64,000 nt of DNA from Phoronis australis (taxonomy: Eukaryota; Animalia; Phoronida), in assembly GCA_002633005.1 (NCBI GenBank), contig NMRA01000475.1:262938-326937 (forward strand), written 5' to 3'. Made by a program: the position numbers and the translations under genes. Below the pieces are notes generated by a model. It had not been told where the DNA came from. It searched no databases and was given only the letters and a program-made list of their open reading frames with translations. Positions 12,900 to 24,638 of this stretch are shown one piece after another; within the stretch, counting starts at the first letter, position 1; the number at the start of each line of letters is the position of its first letter.

Positions 12900-13300
12900 T
12901 ACCCTAGAAAAAATGTCCAAATTTTACAAACGTTCGAAAAATCAAACTTCAAAAATGATTTATCGACAAGATTCATTTGAAACTCTCAGGTTTATAAAAA
13001 CAAAAACGAAACGATAATTTAGGAAACTGTAAATTTGGTTTTGAAATTTTATTTTAACCACGTATATCAAGTGAAATTTGGTCATGTGATTGATACTGTA
13101 GTTTTGCTGTCAATGTATTTCATTGTTTGCTAAATTTTGATAAAAAGACTCGGTCACGTGATACCAAAACAAGCACATCGGTAAACAGTCACCAATTAAT
13201 TCCTACAGGATTTCTGATTACAGAAAATACATACTTTTACTGAGTTAAAATTCATAGGTTTGTAGATGACCAAATACAAAAGTTGATAAGGTCCTACATA
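12900..13300 (+). repeat. Old dispersed repeat family, copy 1 (others at about 17400-17830 and 58510-58990)
   Basis: Shared anchors 'accc.agaaa.aatgtcca.attt' and 'tactt...c.gagtt.aa.t....g..ttgtagat' occur in the same order in all three copies. Confidence 0.55.
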
Positions 13301-14115
13301 GTTTTTACATTATGAATCGAAACCAATTACGACAGTTGGTCCGGGTACTCACAAATCCTCAAAGTCGTGTGCCTTGCATTCTCTAAAATTATGAATCATT
13401 ATCAATGAAATGTCAACGTCCTCAACTTGAACTTTGCTGACTGATCGCATGATGATTGGATCGTGAAAAAAACAACGGACTTGTCAAAATTTCATGAGAT
13501 CTGTGAGGTGGAATATACTCTGTTGGAAATCTTCGACTTAAAAGCGAACGGCGGACCTGCGCAAGTCCACTAGAAGATTGGGTCCCATAGGATTATCGCG
13601 TTTTGTATAATTATCCGGAATAATCATGCCTCCGACTGGCCGACTTTTTGTGACTCAGTAAGATTTCAATCAATCAATTATAAGCTTTTCAAAAATTAAG
13701 ATTAACCTTTAGTTAAATCAAGCTATTTTCGGAAAACGGGGAGGCATGCAAACTTACACGGCTGTCTACCAAACAAGCTCGGCATTTCTAAAAATTTTCA
13801 GCTCGTCTCACGCAGCAATCCAGTGCTCCGTTTCGTTAACAAATGCTTTTTTCTAGAGAAGTTACCCCTCTCCACGATGCTCCGACTCTTTTTCACCCTT
13901 AAACCCAGAGGATAAGGCCTTAATTTTTTCTATTTTATAACTCATGATCTCAGCTAATAACTTCAAGAAGTCAAATTTTGTTAACTACACACTGGATCCA
14001 ACCGCAAGTGAATGTCACAAATTCGCGAGACTGGAACCTTTTCTCAAACCTCTAATCTTATCTGGAATCCCTTGAACCAGTGGTAATGAAATCTCCCAAG
14101 TCCTTCGGTCCCTAC

Positions 14116-15234
14116 CTTTGTATTGACAGCAGCGCCACCAAACAGCAAAATTGACATCATCAGTACAGAAAAGGAGATTTTATAAATTACGTCCAACAGA
14201 ACTAGCGTTGACTCCGTGAACTGTTCAGCATAAAATGCTATTCCATATAATCCGATACAAATAATGATGATGTTTGCAGTGACGGTGATCGCATTCAAGA
14301 GATACATACAGTTATCCGAAATTCCCGCAAGTCGGCAGATTTTCTGATGCTTACGACGGAAGTAGTTCATACGTCCATTGAGGATTCCGTTAGGACCAAT
14401 CGCTTGGTGCAGCTCATCGTTAAATCTCAAAAAGTCTCTATAAATAATTGCACTCGAACTGTAAGTTAGAACGAGGGGGAATATCCATGTCCCGGAAAGG
14501 ATAATTCCAAGTAGTATACAGAGAAACCTGACGCTGACGTGAACGTCTTTCGGGTGAAGTGGCATCAACCACACATCAAAAACTGTGCTTTTCATTAAAC
14601 CGAAGGTGAGATACGAAACGTTTATTGTTACACACAGCCATGATATCACCGCAAATGCTATGGATTTTCTACGAACAACAGCTCGTCTCGTTGGCCATTC
14701 TGAATCTGTTCGCTTGATCTGCATCCACGCTTCTAAGAATTTTGGCAAATGGTCTTTTTTGTAACTGGTCAAGAAACAAGCGGATTGGTTCAACGCACAT
14801 TGTAGGAACCACGTCAGGTTGACAAGTTTGGAGAATAGCACTCCGCCGAATTTTTCATTTGCGGAAAATATGAAAAGAAATCTAAACGCATTGAGCCAAA
14901 CGATCACTAAAACAATGAGAGAATAGATGAAAGTCAGACTTGGCCTTGGAAATTTTCCTTGTCTATGCTTCACACCGTAATGCATGCAACCCACGAGACG
15001 AAAACTCGTCGTCATGGGATACAATACATTGTCTCCATCGTACATTTTGTCGTCTGAGCTTGGTGGAAAAGATGAATCGTCTGCAATAGTGACGTCAGTG
15101 GCTCCACAGAATGCTCCAGAAAACCGGGTATGGTCACACCCGCGGGGTTCAAGTTGGACCAGTCCGTAAGCCCCTCTTCTATCTTCAGCCAAATCTCCAT
15201 GGTTCGAAGTCGGTTGTCGATCCATATTGGACAT
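14116..15234 (-). CDS. GRL gene, coding exon 1 (373 codons, TM1-TM6)
   Basis: Long ORF with several hydrophobic helices and an 'FRRKHQKICRL' segment typical of the GR intracellular loop. Donor AAG|GTAGG at 14115 is phase 0; the ORF track reads through into the intron. Confidence 0.9.
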
Positions 15235-15821
15235 TGGTTAGTCTATTCAGGCTGATACGTATGTGATGTATTAACGACGACCAGCGAGGCGCGACTGCAA
15301 GCACTTCAACTGGGATCTGAAATAGTTAAAGGAATTTGAACTAAACGCTGCCTGCCTGGAAAGAATGAATGGATGGGTTTGTTGCAGACTCGATAATACA
15401 ATGCTTCATGCATTTTTCACATAAAAATACAAAACACTTCCGTAAGCTTGTTAAAACATAATAAGAGTACTGTGCCATAATAGCGAGCATTATTAGACTA
15501 TTGGCATACCAGAGGTGTGACACAAAGATTGATTGGTCAAATTTTCTAATTACATCAGAGAATGTTCGTAGTAGCGACTAAACATTAAAACACACTGCAT
15601 CTGCTTACTCAAGTCATATCAGTTGTCTGGGCAAAAGTAACGAAACTTATGACCAGATTTTATTAACCTACTAAATAATATACTCCACACAATTGTTTAA
15701 TTGACAATTTGTGTTCAGTAATTAATGCCTCACCCATAAGAACATCGTGTATGTAGCTTGCATTCGGTTTTATGTCCGGCCAGAAACAGTAGTAAATAAA
15801 TGATTACAAAATAAATGATTA

Positions 15822-16077
15822 CATGCAAGCACGGGGGGTCGCGGGTTTCAACAACCCCTCCTCCCGTCATTTGGCGAATTGGTCAAAAAGGTCCGCCTCG
15901 GAGAAACAAGAAACCAAAAAAGTAGAAAACGAGACAAAAGTGAACTAAAAAGGCTGGAACTACCAAAATTCGGCGCGAATGCATAATTCATCACTCTAAA
16001 CGTACCCTGTGAATCTTAGTAAAAGGTCCACATGCTCAAAAATTCGAGCCCCCATTTTTAGGCAGGATGCGCGCATA
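15822..16077. mobile_element. MITE with a 5-bp TSD, upstream of the GRL start codon
   Basis: Imperfect inverted ends CATGCAAGCA / TGCGCGCATA, G/C-run subtermini, and GATTA on both flanks (15817-15821, 16078-16082). Confidence 0.5.
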
Positions 16078-16140
16078 GATTATAATTGATTTAAATAATC
16101 AAGTAGTTCCCGTGATGCTACAACCGATTTAAAAAAATTA

Positions 16141-17177
16141 CGGTGTTTTCTGTATTAATTCGTACACAACATTAGTGCGTACAGGACCCTTGAAACCCGT
16201 TTGTCTCCAATAGTTCGTACAGTAGGCGTCCGAGGATAAATAGTTCGTACACATATTTGCGTGGAAAAAAATAATTCGTACAAGATTTTTGGATCGGTAA
16301 AATGGAAATTTTCATTCTTATAAAAGAACACAGATCAACAAGTGCCAATTCTATTCAGGCGATCGAAATCCGTTATATGCTTTACTACGCTAGCATAGAG
16401 CTCGAAAAGTCGTTTTTCAAATCGCCATTTTTGGCGACAGAAAATGTAGAAATAGCGGTAAGATTTTCCATTGTGTTGCCAAATGGATTTTCCCAACAAG
16501 GTTCTGTTACTCTCAGATTAGTATACACGAATAAATTTACAAAAGTGCGGGATTATAAAAGACCCGTTGCTTTGGATATTCCTTGGGCCCAATGTTCCTC
16601 AGAACCAAGTGGCTCTAGGCTCGATGAGGCACATTGTCCTTTCCGTCACCACGACATCCTCGGTAACCCGGCAAAATACATTTCCAGAAAGTCGGGGAAA
16701 TTTCATCAAGATAGGGAGAACTTGACATCTTTCCATGAGGTATGAAAATTGTTCAAAATCCGAGAGCTTCGCTTCTAAATCGAATTGGGAGTGTTGGCAA
16801 AACCACCGTCACATTTCTGTGGCCTGATTTTTTTAATGCAAGGTTTATCTAGTGCACTGCAGTGGGAAATTAAGTGCGGCAGACGAAATCAAAGAAAGCG
16901 GATGTTCTGAAGGTGGCGTGTTTCCTGAAGTTTGCGAACATGGGACGAAAATAAAGTGACAAAGAGTTCAAGTATTATATTTTGAAGTAAATCCATCACC
17001 CGGGAAAATAATTTGTTACTTGTTGTTATAATTCACATTGCCAAACCACCGTCTCGGAGGCTGTCGTGTTGCACTCGTTCTTATTCGAACACTTTTGTCT
17101 CTATTAATTCTTACACGAAACTCTCAAGGGAAAAAATAGTTCGTACACAGGTGTACGAACTAATAGAGAAAACACCG
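16141..17177. mobile_element. About 1-kb non-autonomous TIR element (possibly Tc1/mariner-like)
   Basis: 27-bp TIRs CGGTGTTTTCTGTATTAATTCGTACAC / GTGTACGAACTAATAGAGAAAACACCG, with internal (tagttcgtac) subterminal repeats. Left flank TA, right flank AA. Confidence 0.75.
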
Positions 17178-17399
17178 AACTTTCAAGTTCACTAAAGGCC
17201 GAGTAATTTCATCCTCAAATTTTGTATCGCAATAAAATAATACCAAAAATCAGATGTTGACCCTTAAATTTTAAATTTCAGTTTCATAACAGAAATTGTG
17301 CGATTATCATTCAGTATTGAAAGACCGGCAATTCCGTTTTAGAGAGTGTAAATGCAAACCTTGTATTGCTTTTCACTTTTTCCTCGTTAAGGTTAATTA

Positions 17400-17830
17400 G
17401 GACCCTTGAAAAATGTCCATATTTGGTTAATACCATAACACCATGTCTCAGAAATGGCTGAACGGATTCATAAGAAACCTTCAGATACACTGTTCCCTAA
17501 AACGTTTGTTGAAATTATTTTTAAATTGATCCACTTTTCTATGAGGAGCTATAGAACAACAAATGAAGTGATACTTCAGTAAAACTGCAACAACTTTTTT
17601 GAGATTTCATTCTGAATCTTTCTATCAAACGACACTTGGTCATATTATGGATTCCATTCTTTTGCTATCGATGTACCTTTCCTTTTTGCTAAAAAGACAT
17701 GGCCAACGAATGACAGGTTGGTAAAAAGTCAAAAATCGACTACTACAGTTTTTCTACTTTCACAAAATATATACTTGCACCGAGTTCAAATCTATAGTAT
17801 TGTAGATACTGGACGAAATGCACAGACTTG
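17400..17830 (+). repeat. Old dispersed repeat family, copy 2
   Basis: Shares 'cat.tctcagaaatggc....ggattca...ga.ac.ttcag' with about 58540-58590 and anchors with 12900-13300. Confidence 0.55.
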
Positions 17831-20800
17831 TAGATAGTGTCCTACATGACGTTGAAGTGACGTAATCCGTGAATATGAGACATGAATGCCATTGCCAAGG
17901 TTGAACAGAATTTCACTAAATCTACTCAACAGTTGTTCTGAACCTCTTCATCAAAATACTAGAAATGTGTTTTCTTTCGTTTTCGGCAAACTCGGTTTTA
18001 CTTGAAAAGTTTAACATTTAAAAATCCACGGCAGTCCGTTTTCCAGACTACTCATCGGGCATCTGGGGTTTCAGGAAATTTCCGTGCCCTGAAACCATCC
18101 AAAGTATAGCAATACGTTTCTTTTTAGGTGTTAATAGAGTTTCTCCGAATCACGCTGTTAGCGGAGATATGGGTTCGGAACTTTCAATAAATCGCAGAAA
18201 TTGAAAATACGCTTATGGAATAGACTTGATAGTGGCTTTGCCAGATGACAGACTTACCAATTGGCAAAATTTGTAAAAATGTCCTACTTCAGATGAAATG
18301 AAACCTTGTACCCTACTATTTAAATACATGCGATATTGAAGGTGACAAATAAACCCAAAGGGTTCAGGGTACATACACATCAACTGGATAGTATTGTTGT
18401 AATTGAAAATTGTACTTGTCACTATAATAAATAACTAACTAACAAACCAACGAAGTGACTGGAAGCCAACGTCGGGAAACGGCGATTTCTAACGAAACCA
18501 CCAAAACTCAACGGATTTTGTTTTATGGCTTAAGTTGGTCAAAGAAAATAACTTCAAGTAGTCTATCTTACGCAATCTAACAATGTTCACGAAAATGCGT
18601 CTTTCTGTCCTAAAACCGGCTGTGTCCCATTACGAACGAGTATCTTACGTGAACGGATTTGGGGGCTTTGGCACCGAACCACCCAAAATAAAAACGGCTC
18701 TAACATGCTGCCTTCAGGGTATATCGGGAAATTGTTATTCGAAAATGGTGGTTTGCTCGGCCCCCCGCCTTCCCTTGTAAATCACCAAGAACTGGAAAGA
18801 CATCTGCCGATTACCACGGCAACAACAATTTATGAAGACAGGGGTAAAATAGGTCATGAAGACAGGGGCCTGAACACCCAGTCTCACGGGTGTGCCTTAT
18901 GTGTACCAATGAATTTCACAACCCCTTCTTGGTGAGAGTTGTTCGCCGTGGCAAGTGAAACAGGAACTTTAGATTCCATGCAAAAACGGAAAAAATGAGG
19001 TCACGTTTTCTACTTCGTCTCCTCCACAGACCCTCTAGATTGGTTAGGGCTGAACCAACAATGAGATTGATTCATAGGTTGGGGTCAGGGCCTAACTAGA
19101 TATCAGTAACGTCAGAGTGTGAGCCCTGGGAACCAAATTAATTCTCGTCGAGAATTAATTAATAACTTTTCCTTATTTTTGTTAAATGAACTAATCACTC
19201 TTCGTCTCCAAGATGACACTGGCAAAACAAATTTCTGAGACGCCGCAGAAGCATCCACACACAACGTACTAGTAGTCCGAGTCAAAACGAACTACATGTT
19301 AGTAGACTACATATTTTATGGTGATCCCTTCCAAAATTCCAATCACTTCTTCATGGGGTTAAATTGATTAACTTGACCATTAACCTGGAAGAACCTTGCT
19401 GACTTACGCAAACATACATGAGGATTTACGCTATGATAAAATTTTCATAAAATTCTATTTATTTCACTTTCTCGCTGAAAGTGATCAGTGGAACTCCCTA
19501 TTCTAGAAATGTAAGAACTCTGATATCTATACACATGTATGGATATGCGTACGATACACTAGCTGGCACACATATCTCGGAACAGACATAATCAAAACAC
19601 AGTAGTGTGACAATAAACTTACTTGATTTATGTATACTTTAACAGGTTTAGAGGATGGAGCGTTTATAAACTTTTTACTGGCATCCATTTTGGAAACTTC
19701 ATTTACCAAACGAAGTCAGTTACCATGAACAAAACGTGAGCACGTTTGACATGGCGTGAGCCTGGAGTAATTAGACGATGGTTACCAAAGCAATGTGTTT
19801 GGAATTGACGAAGAAACACCTTTGAAACGAATAAATAACTTGCAACTTTCTAAGTCTGTGACTGCATGAGCATATATTACGTAACGGACAAACTTATCAT
19901 TCATTTAGGCATAGTATAAGAACGCCTTAAGAACGTCTTGTGTTTGCATGCTGTAGTGTGGTGACTACATGGTACGTTTTCAGCCAAGTTTTATAAATCA
20001 ATGGGGTCCGCTTCTGTAGAAGCAGACAGATGTTAATTGCAAAATTACAGTCAATGTCTATGCTCATCTCTCCCTAAACCCCTGTAGGCTATTGTTTTAA
20101 AAGCGTCTTTTGATGATTTTAACCAATCCCCGTTCTGTCACCAGCTAATGCTTAATTGGAGTCAATCTTGAAAGATAAAGGCAAGAATCAAGTCAAAACT
20201 CATTCTCCCTATCTCACTACTTGGATATTAAGGTCTTTGGCGGGTGGTCTCTTACCCACAGTTGCCGTGAAATTCACTAAAAGTGAAGGTTACGCTTGTC
20301 CTTTTAGAAGACTTTGAAAGGAGTTTTCAGTTTTTTCTTCCAACTTTTGAGGGTTGTCGAAGGTTAAAAAGCAATTATTTTGTTTCACAAAACTGGATGG
20401 CTAGATCTGTTAATAGATCAAAACCGGATTTGGTATCCTTTTAAGAAAATTTAGGAAACCTCGCATACAAGGTTTTACTTATAATAAATAATGCAGAAAT
20501 TTAATGAATGCACTACAAGAAGTTGTTCTCAATAACTTAGGCGAAGCGACATCACGTGATAAATGTACCCTTGGTCCAAGAAAGCCAATTAAACATTTAC
20601 GCATTCCCTCGGAATTTATCATTCGTGAGTAGCAACGAATAGAAAAATTGTTCGACCGGAAGTCACGACATTGGGAGTCATCTTGTAATAAGCCTCATAA
20701 GTGACAACTCTAATACACAACTGGACGAATGACAAGGTAAACAAAAGGATTCTTGGAAGTGTTGGCGTTCTTGGAATCTTGGAACTATTAGACAGGGTCA

Positions 20801-23800
20801 GTTGAAAATGGTCAGCTATGGTGGCTATTTTGCAACATTTTCATTGTCGCTTGTAATGGAGTAATCTAGAACCGGGATAAGGGAAAATAACAATCCTAGA
20901 CTTTCGTGTGACAGTTGAAGAACTAGGCAAGTTCAAACGCTTGACGTCAGGGCTTGGTTGAATAAAAATAATTCGCTGGATAAGCTTGATTGTCGCTTAG
21001 TATTACAGCAAGGTGACGTTTGATTGTGTGACGTCATTGTTGCTATCCAACGTTTAAATTTTATACAAGCGAGCCCAGGATCCTCAAAACTATTTTCGCC
21101 AGTGCTTAACGTTTTACGGACCATCGTCGCAGGTTAGAAAATTCATTACTTTTCAATAAAATTTATGAGAATAACAGTTCTTTGGGATAATTGTTCATTA
21201 CTATTTATATTTCATGGAATATTGTGAAGGTTTTGGCATGCTAAAGAATCACAAGCAAAACTGCATTTTTTACGACTATTTTTACACAAAGGTCACATTC
21301 TTTTCTTTAGTTTGATGAATTATTTGCCTTCACATACTTGGTCTGTTTTCACTCCACTTAAATATTATTTACTCTCAGACGCAGGCCACCTACAACCCCA
21401 TCGAACCATTGCCAACAGTTGGCAACAGATAAATTGCAAGCTAAAACATGAGAACTCTTTCACCTATAAACGCACAAAACGGTATTGGTCTACCGTTCTA
21501 ATTACATTTTCAAAGGACAGCGACGGATCTCAAATGAGGCCTCCAAGAACCATTGCATGAAATGATGGAGTGCAACCCCGGTTTTAGTGACATACTAAGT
21601 GTGACCGATAATGCCTTCTAGCTCAGTGAATGGAGATCTGATGGCGACCAGCCCAAATGCATCACGACCTTATTCCACAATGTTGACGGAAAAGATACGA
21701 TCATATGTTTGTCACTGAATAAAGTAACAACAATTCGTACTTACATGGTTGATGTTTAATATTCAGTCCACTCTTCCAACGTCCCGCGGTGACAATCACC
21801 CTACGTCTATGTATTAAGATCATGTATTAACTCGTTAAATCGCCGCAAACCAAACTAAACACGCCAGCTGACGATCTCGTGACGTGAACAGTTTATGTAA
21901 ACCTTGGGTAGCTCTTGGCTTGCGCTGTTTGCGTGGGGCGAACACCGTGAGTTCTGAGTACAAACGCTCTGTTGCTGGTTGTTTTATCGAACGAGTCAAT
22001 ATTTGATGCATCGATTTATATGTCAAGATTATGTTTCATTTCTCAGATTTATCATCAAAATAACTTGGTCTTGGGGGATAATCTCAGGTACTGCAGTGCC
22101 ACCCCCCCCCCCTCCCGATCTGATATAGTCAAGGTCACACTTTTAACTCGGACAGCAACCTCTGTTTATCGAATAAAACTTGGAGTCTTTCATTAATGAA
22201 GATTTTTCAACAAAAAAACTGCTTTAGCATGTGTGCAATTCATGCAAGCAAACTCTTGGGGAATGGACTCGTTGGCATTAAAAAATATTTGCAGGCGAAC
22301 TGGTACATGTTGTAACAGACGTGCGTAGGCCGCGCATGTGATTCCATTGCAGTGATCGCCTGGAACTATTTTTATGCTTTATTGATATATAGTTGGCATA
22401 TTGACACAATATGAAGATGAAGCACCTTTTTCTATTTTCTATCGCTACTTCGAAACACCAGATTTGAAATGATATATCAATTGGTTGACAAACAGAAAAA
22501 TTTTATGTTCAATAATGTGGCATCACGAACCTACAATGTAATGGAGCAAAATGGCAGTTTGTATGAATCATCAACTTTTGCGAAAAAGACATCCTTTTCA
22601 TTAATGAACTTTTTATTGTGAAGGCAAACTTTTTAGTTACACCAGGTTTCTTCATGTGCAGTTTCTCAAGACGTCATTGTGAACATTAATTTTTCCCAAT
22701 TATGTTCGCTTCTTTTAAGAAACTGCTTTAAGGGATTTTTAGCCAGAAGCCGTACTATTGATTCCATTAACGCGGTTGTAAAATATGTACTTACAAAACC
22801 GAGTTCGACTAAGCACACTGTGCCAAAAATGACGACTCTTCAACTGTCCAATGGAGGCTTGGAACGAAAGGCATATCTGTTACCAGGGAAACGGAAGGAG
22901 CTTTTGTATGCTCCGCACACGTGCTCCAACGCTTTCCGGTACCAATATGTTCACTTTCAAGTGCTGCGTGGCATTTTTTAGTTCAGAAAAAGGTATCTAT
23001 ATTTTAAGTCGTCTCTGAAACTACAACTTTGGCAAAAATAAATGCAAAAATACAGAATGCTTTTGTAATTTCACTCGATCGTTTTTGATGGTAATTGTAA
23101 GCAAATAAATTATCTTCGAGATTATTTGTTTTCCATGTCAACGGGTAGTTCCAAAAAGCAGCCAGACCACACCCACAATATTAATTGTTGATACAATTTT
23201 TCAAGTGTACTGCAGCAACATATTTCCTTCGAAGTTTTTTAATTATATTTCACTGAACTGTTCCAACGAAGAGACGCAGGATCAAATGGGGCATGAGAAA
23301 GCAAACAAACTGTTGCATGTTACAGTAGTAAAAACACACTCAAGCAAAGCCCTACGCCAGTTTATAGAGCCCAAAGTAGGAATTTTATGTCGTGACCAAT
23401 AATTGTAGGTCCGCTCCTGCCATCGGCGGCTGATTGTGGATAGCACATGAAGTGTGCCAGCGGCTCCACGGCGACTGTTCCGTTCAACAGCCGAGGATAG
23501 CTTTTATGTCTGCGGGCAGGTTTGAGCTTATATGTATAGTTCTTGCAACACTGAGAGTTCTGAACGTGTCGGCTGTTCGTTCATGCATAAAGTGTAAGTT
23601 GTTTTCATGTATACGTATATAATGAATAAATAAATAGTCATGATGAAAAATTGGGAAACATCCGTCAGGCACATTTGTTGCCTGATGTTCGTCCGCCTCT
23701 GGAGTTTCACGTGGTATTTGTTGTCTGATTCTTTACAAGTTCTTTTCTGTTGCATTACTCTATTCGTCCTCCCAATGCCAAAGAAGTATTACTGACGTGA

Positions 23801-24434
23801 ACAAGTTTGATAAACAGGACAAATACTCGTGGATGCGTGATCTTAAATTCTTTCGCCTTCTCAACATGAATGAGAGACAGGAAACTGTGCCCGATTTCCA
23901 AAACTAGGTCACGCAATTTCCTATCTCCGGTACAAAGGAGGTTCTATCGCCGTGTAATCCGGGACGACCCTAATAAGTGGACCCGGCCCTCCCCTTACTG
24001 GCAAGACCAACATAAATAATGGTTGCCCCTCCCCCGTCCTATAGATCCGCCGTGCGGGATTACAAATATACAGCATAAGGACATTTCTATCAGGTTCTTT
24101 ACCCAGAAATGAATTTGAACACCAATGTCACCAAAATGTAGAAAATCATAATTTGTACGTTTAATAGCTCAATAAATATTCACTAGTCAGGGAAATCATA
24201 CAGCGCACGACATGGAAGACAACTTCGTCAATTCATAAAAAGGTCGGGCGCGACAACGGAAACTGCCGAACAAACGGTTCGGAGAGGCGTTTGGTGCTCG
24301 TTTACCACTCGGTTGGCTAATTTCAGGATAGGTGACATTAATTTCCCCCGCACAGACGACACAGTCTCTCCTTGGCTTAGTTTGCTGCACAAGTAGTCGT
24401 ATCTACGATAAGTGTGCCAATCATTTCAATGTTG

Positions 24435-24638
24435 CACCAGATGCGTACGCACACCAGATGCGTACGCACACCAGATGCGTACGCACACCAGATGCGTACG
24501 CACACCAGATGCGTACGCACACCAGATACGTACGCACACCAGATGCGTACGCACACCAGATGCGTACGCACACCAGATGCGTACGCACACCAGATGCGTA
24601 CGCACACCAGATGCGTACGCACACCAGATGCATACGCG
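24435..24638. repeat. 17-bp minisatellite (caccagatgcgtacgca), about 12 copies
   Basis: Near-perfect tandem units, each containing the 10-bp palindrome TGCGTACGCA. There are no spacers. Confidence 0.97.

Noticed and set aside
14044-14115. C-terminal 23 aa of the 396-aa ORF (VGTEG...RLEV)
   Set aside because: This is intron read-through after the AAG|GTAGG donor. The TM7 region is supplied by the downstream exons.
16302-16745. 147-aa ORF inside the TIR element as a transposase
   Set aside because: No DDE or HTH motifs are recognisable.
24435-24638. CRISPR-like appearance and six overlapping repetitive ORFs
   Set aside because: The units are contiguous with no unique spacers, there are no cas genes, and the context is eukaryotic. 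The ORFs come from a stop-free 17-bp unit.
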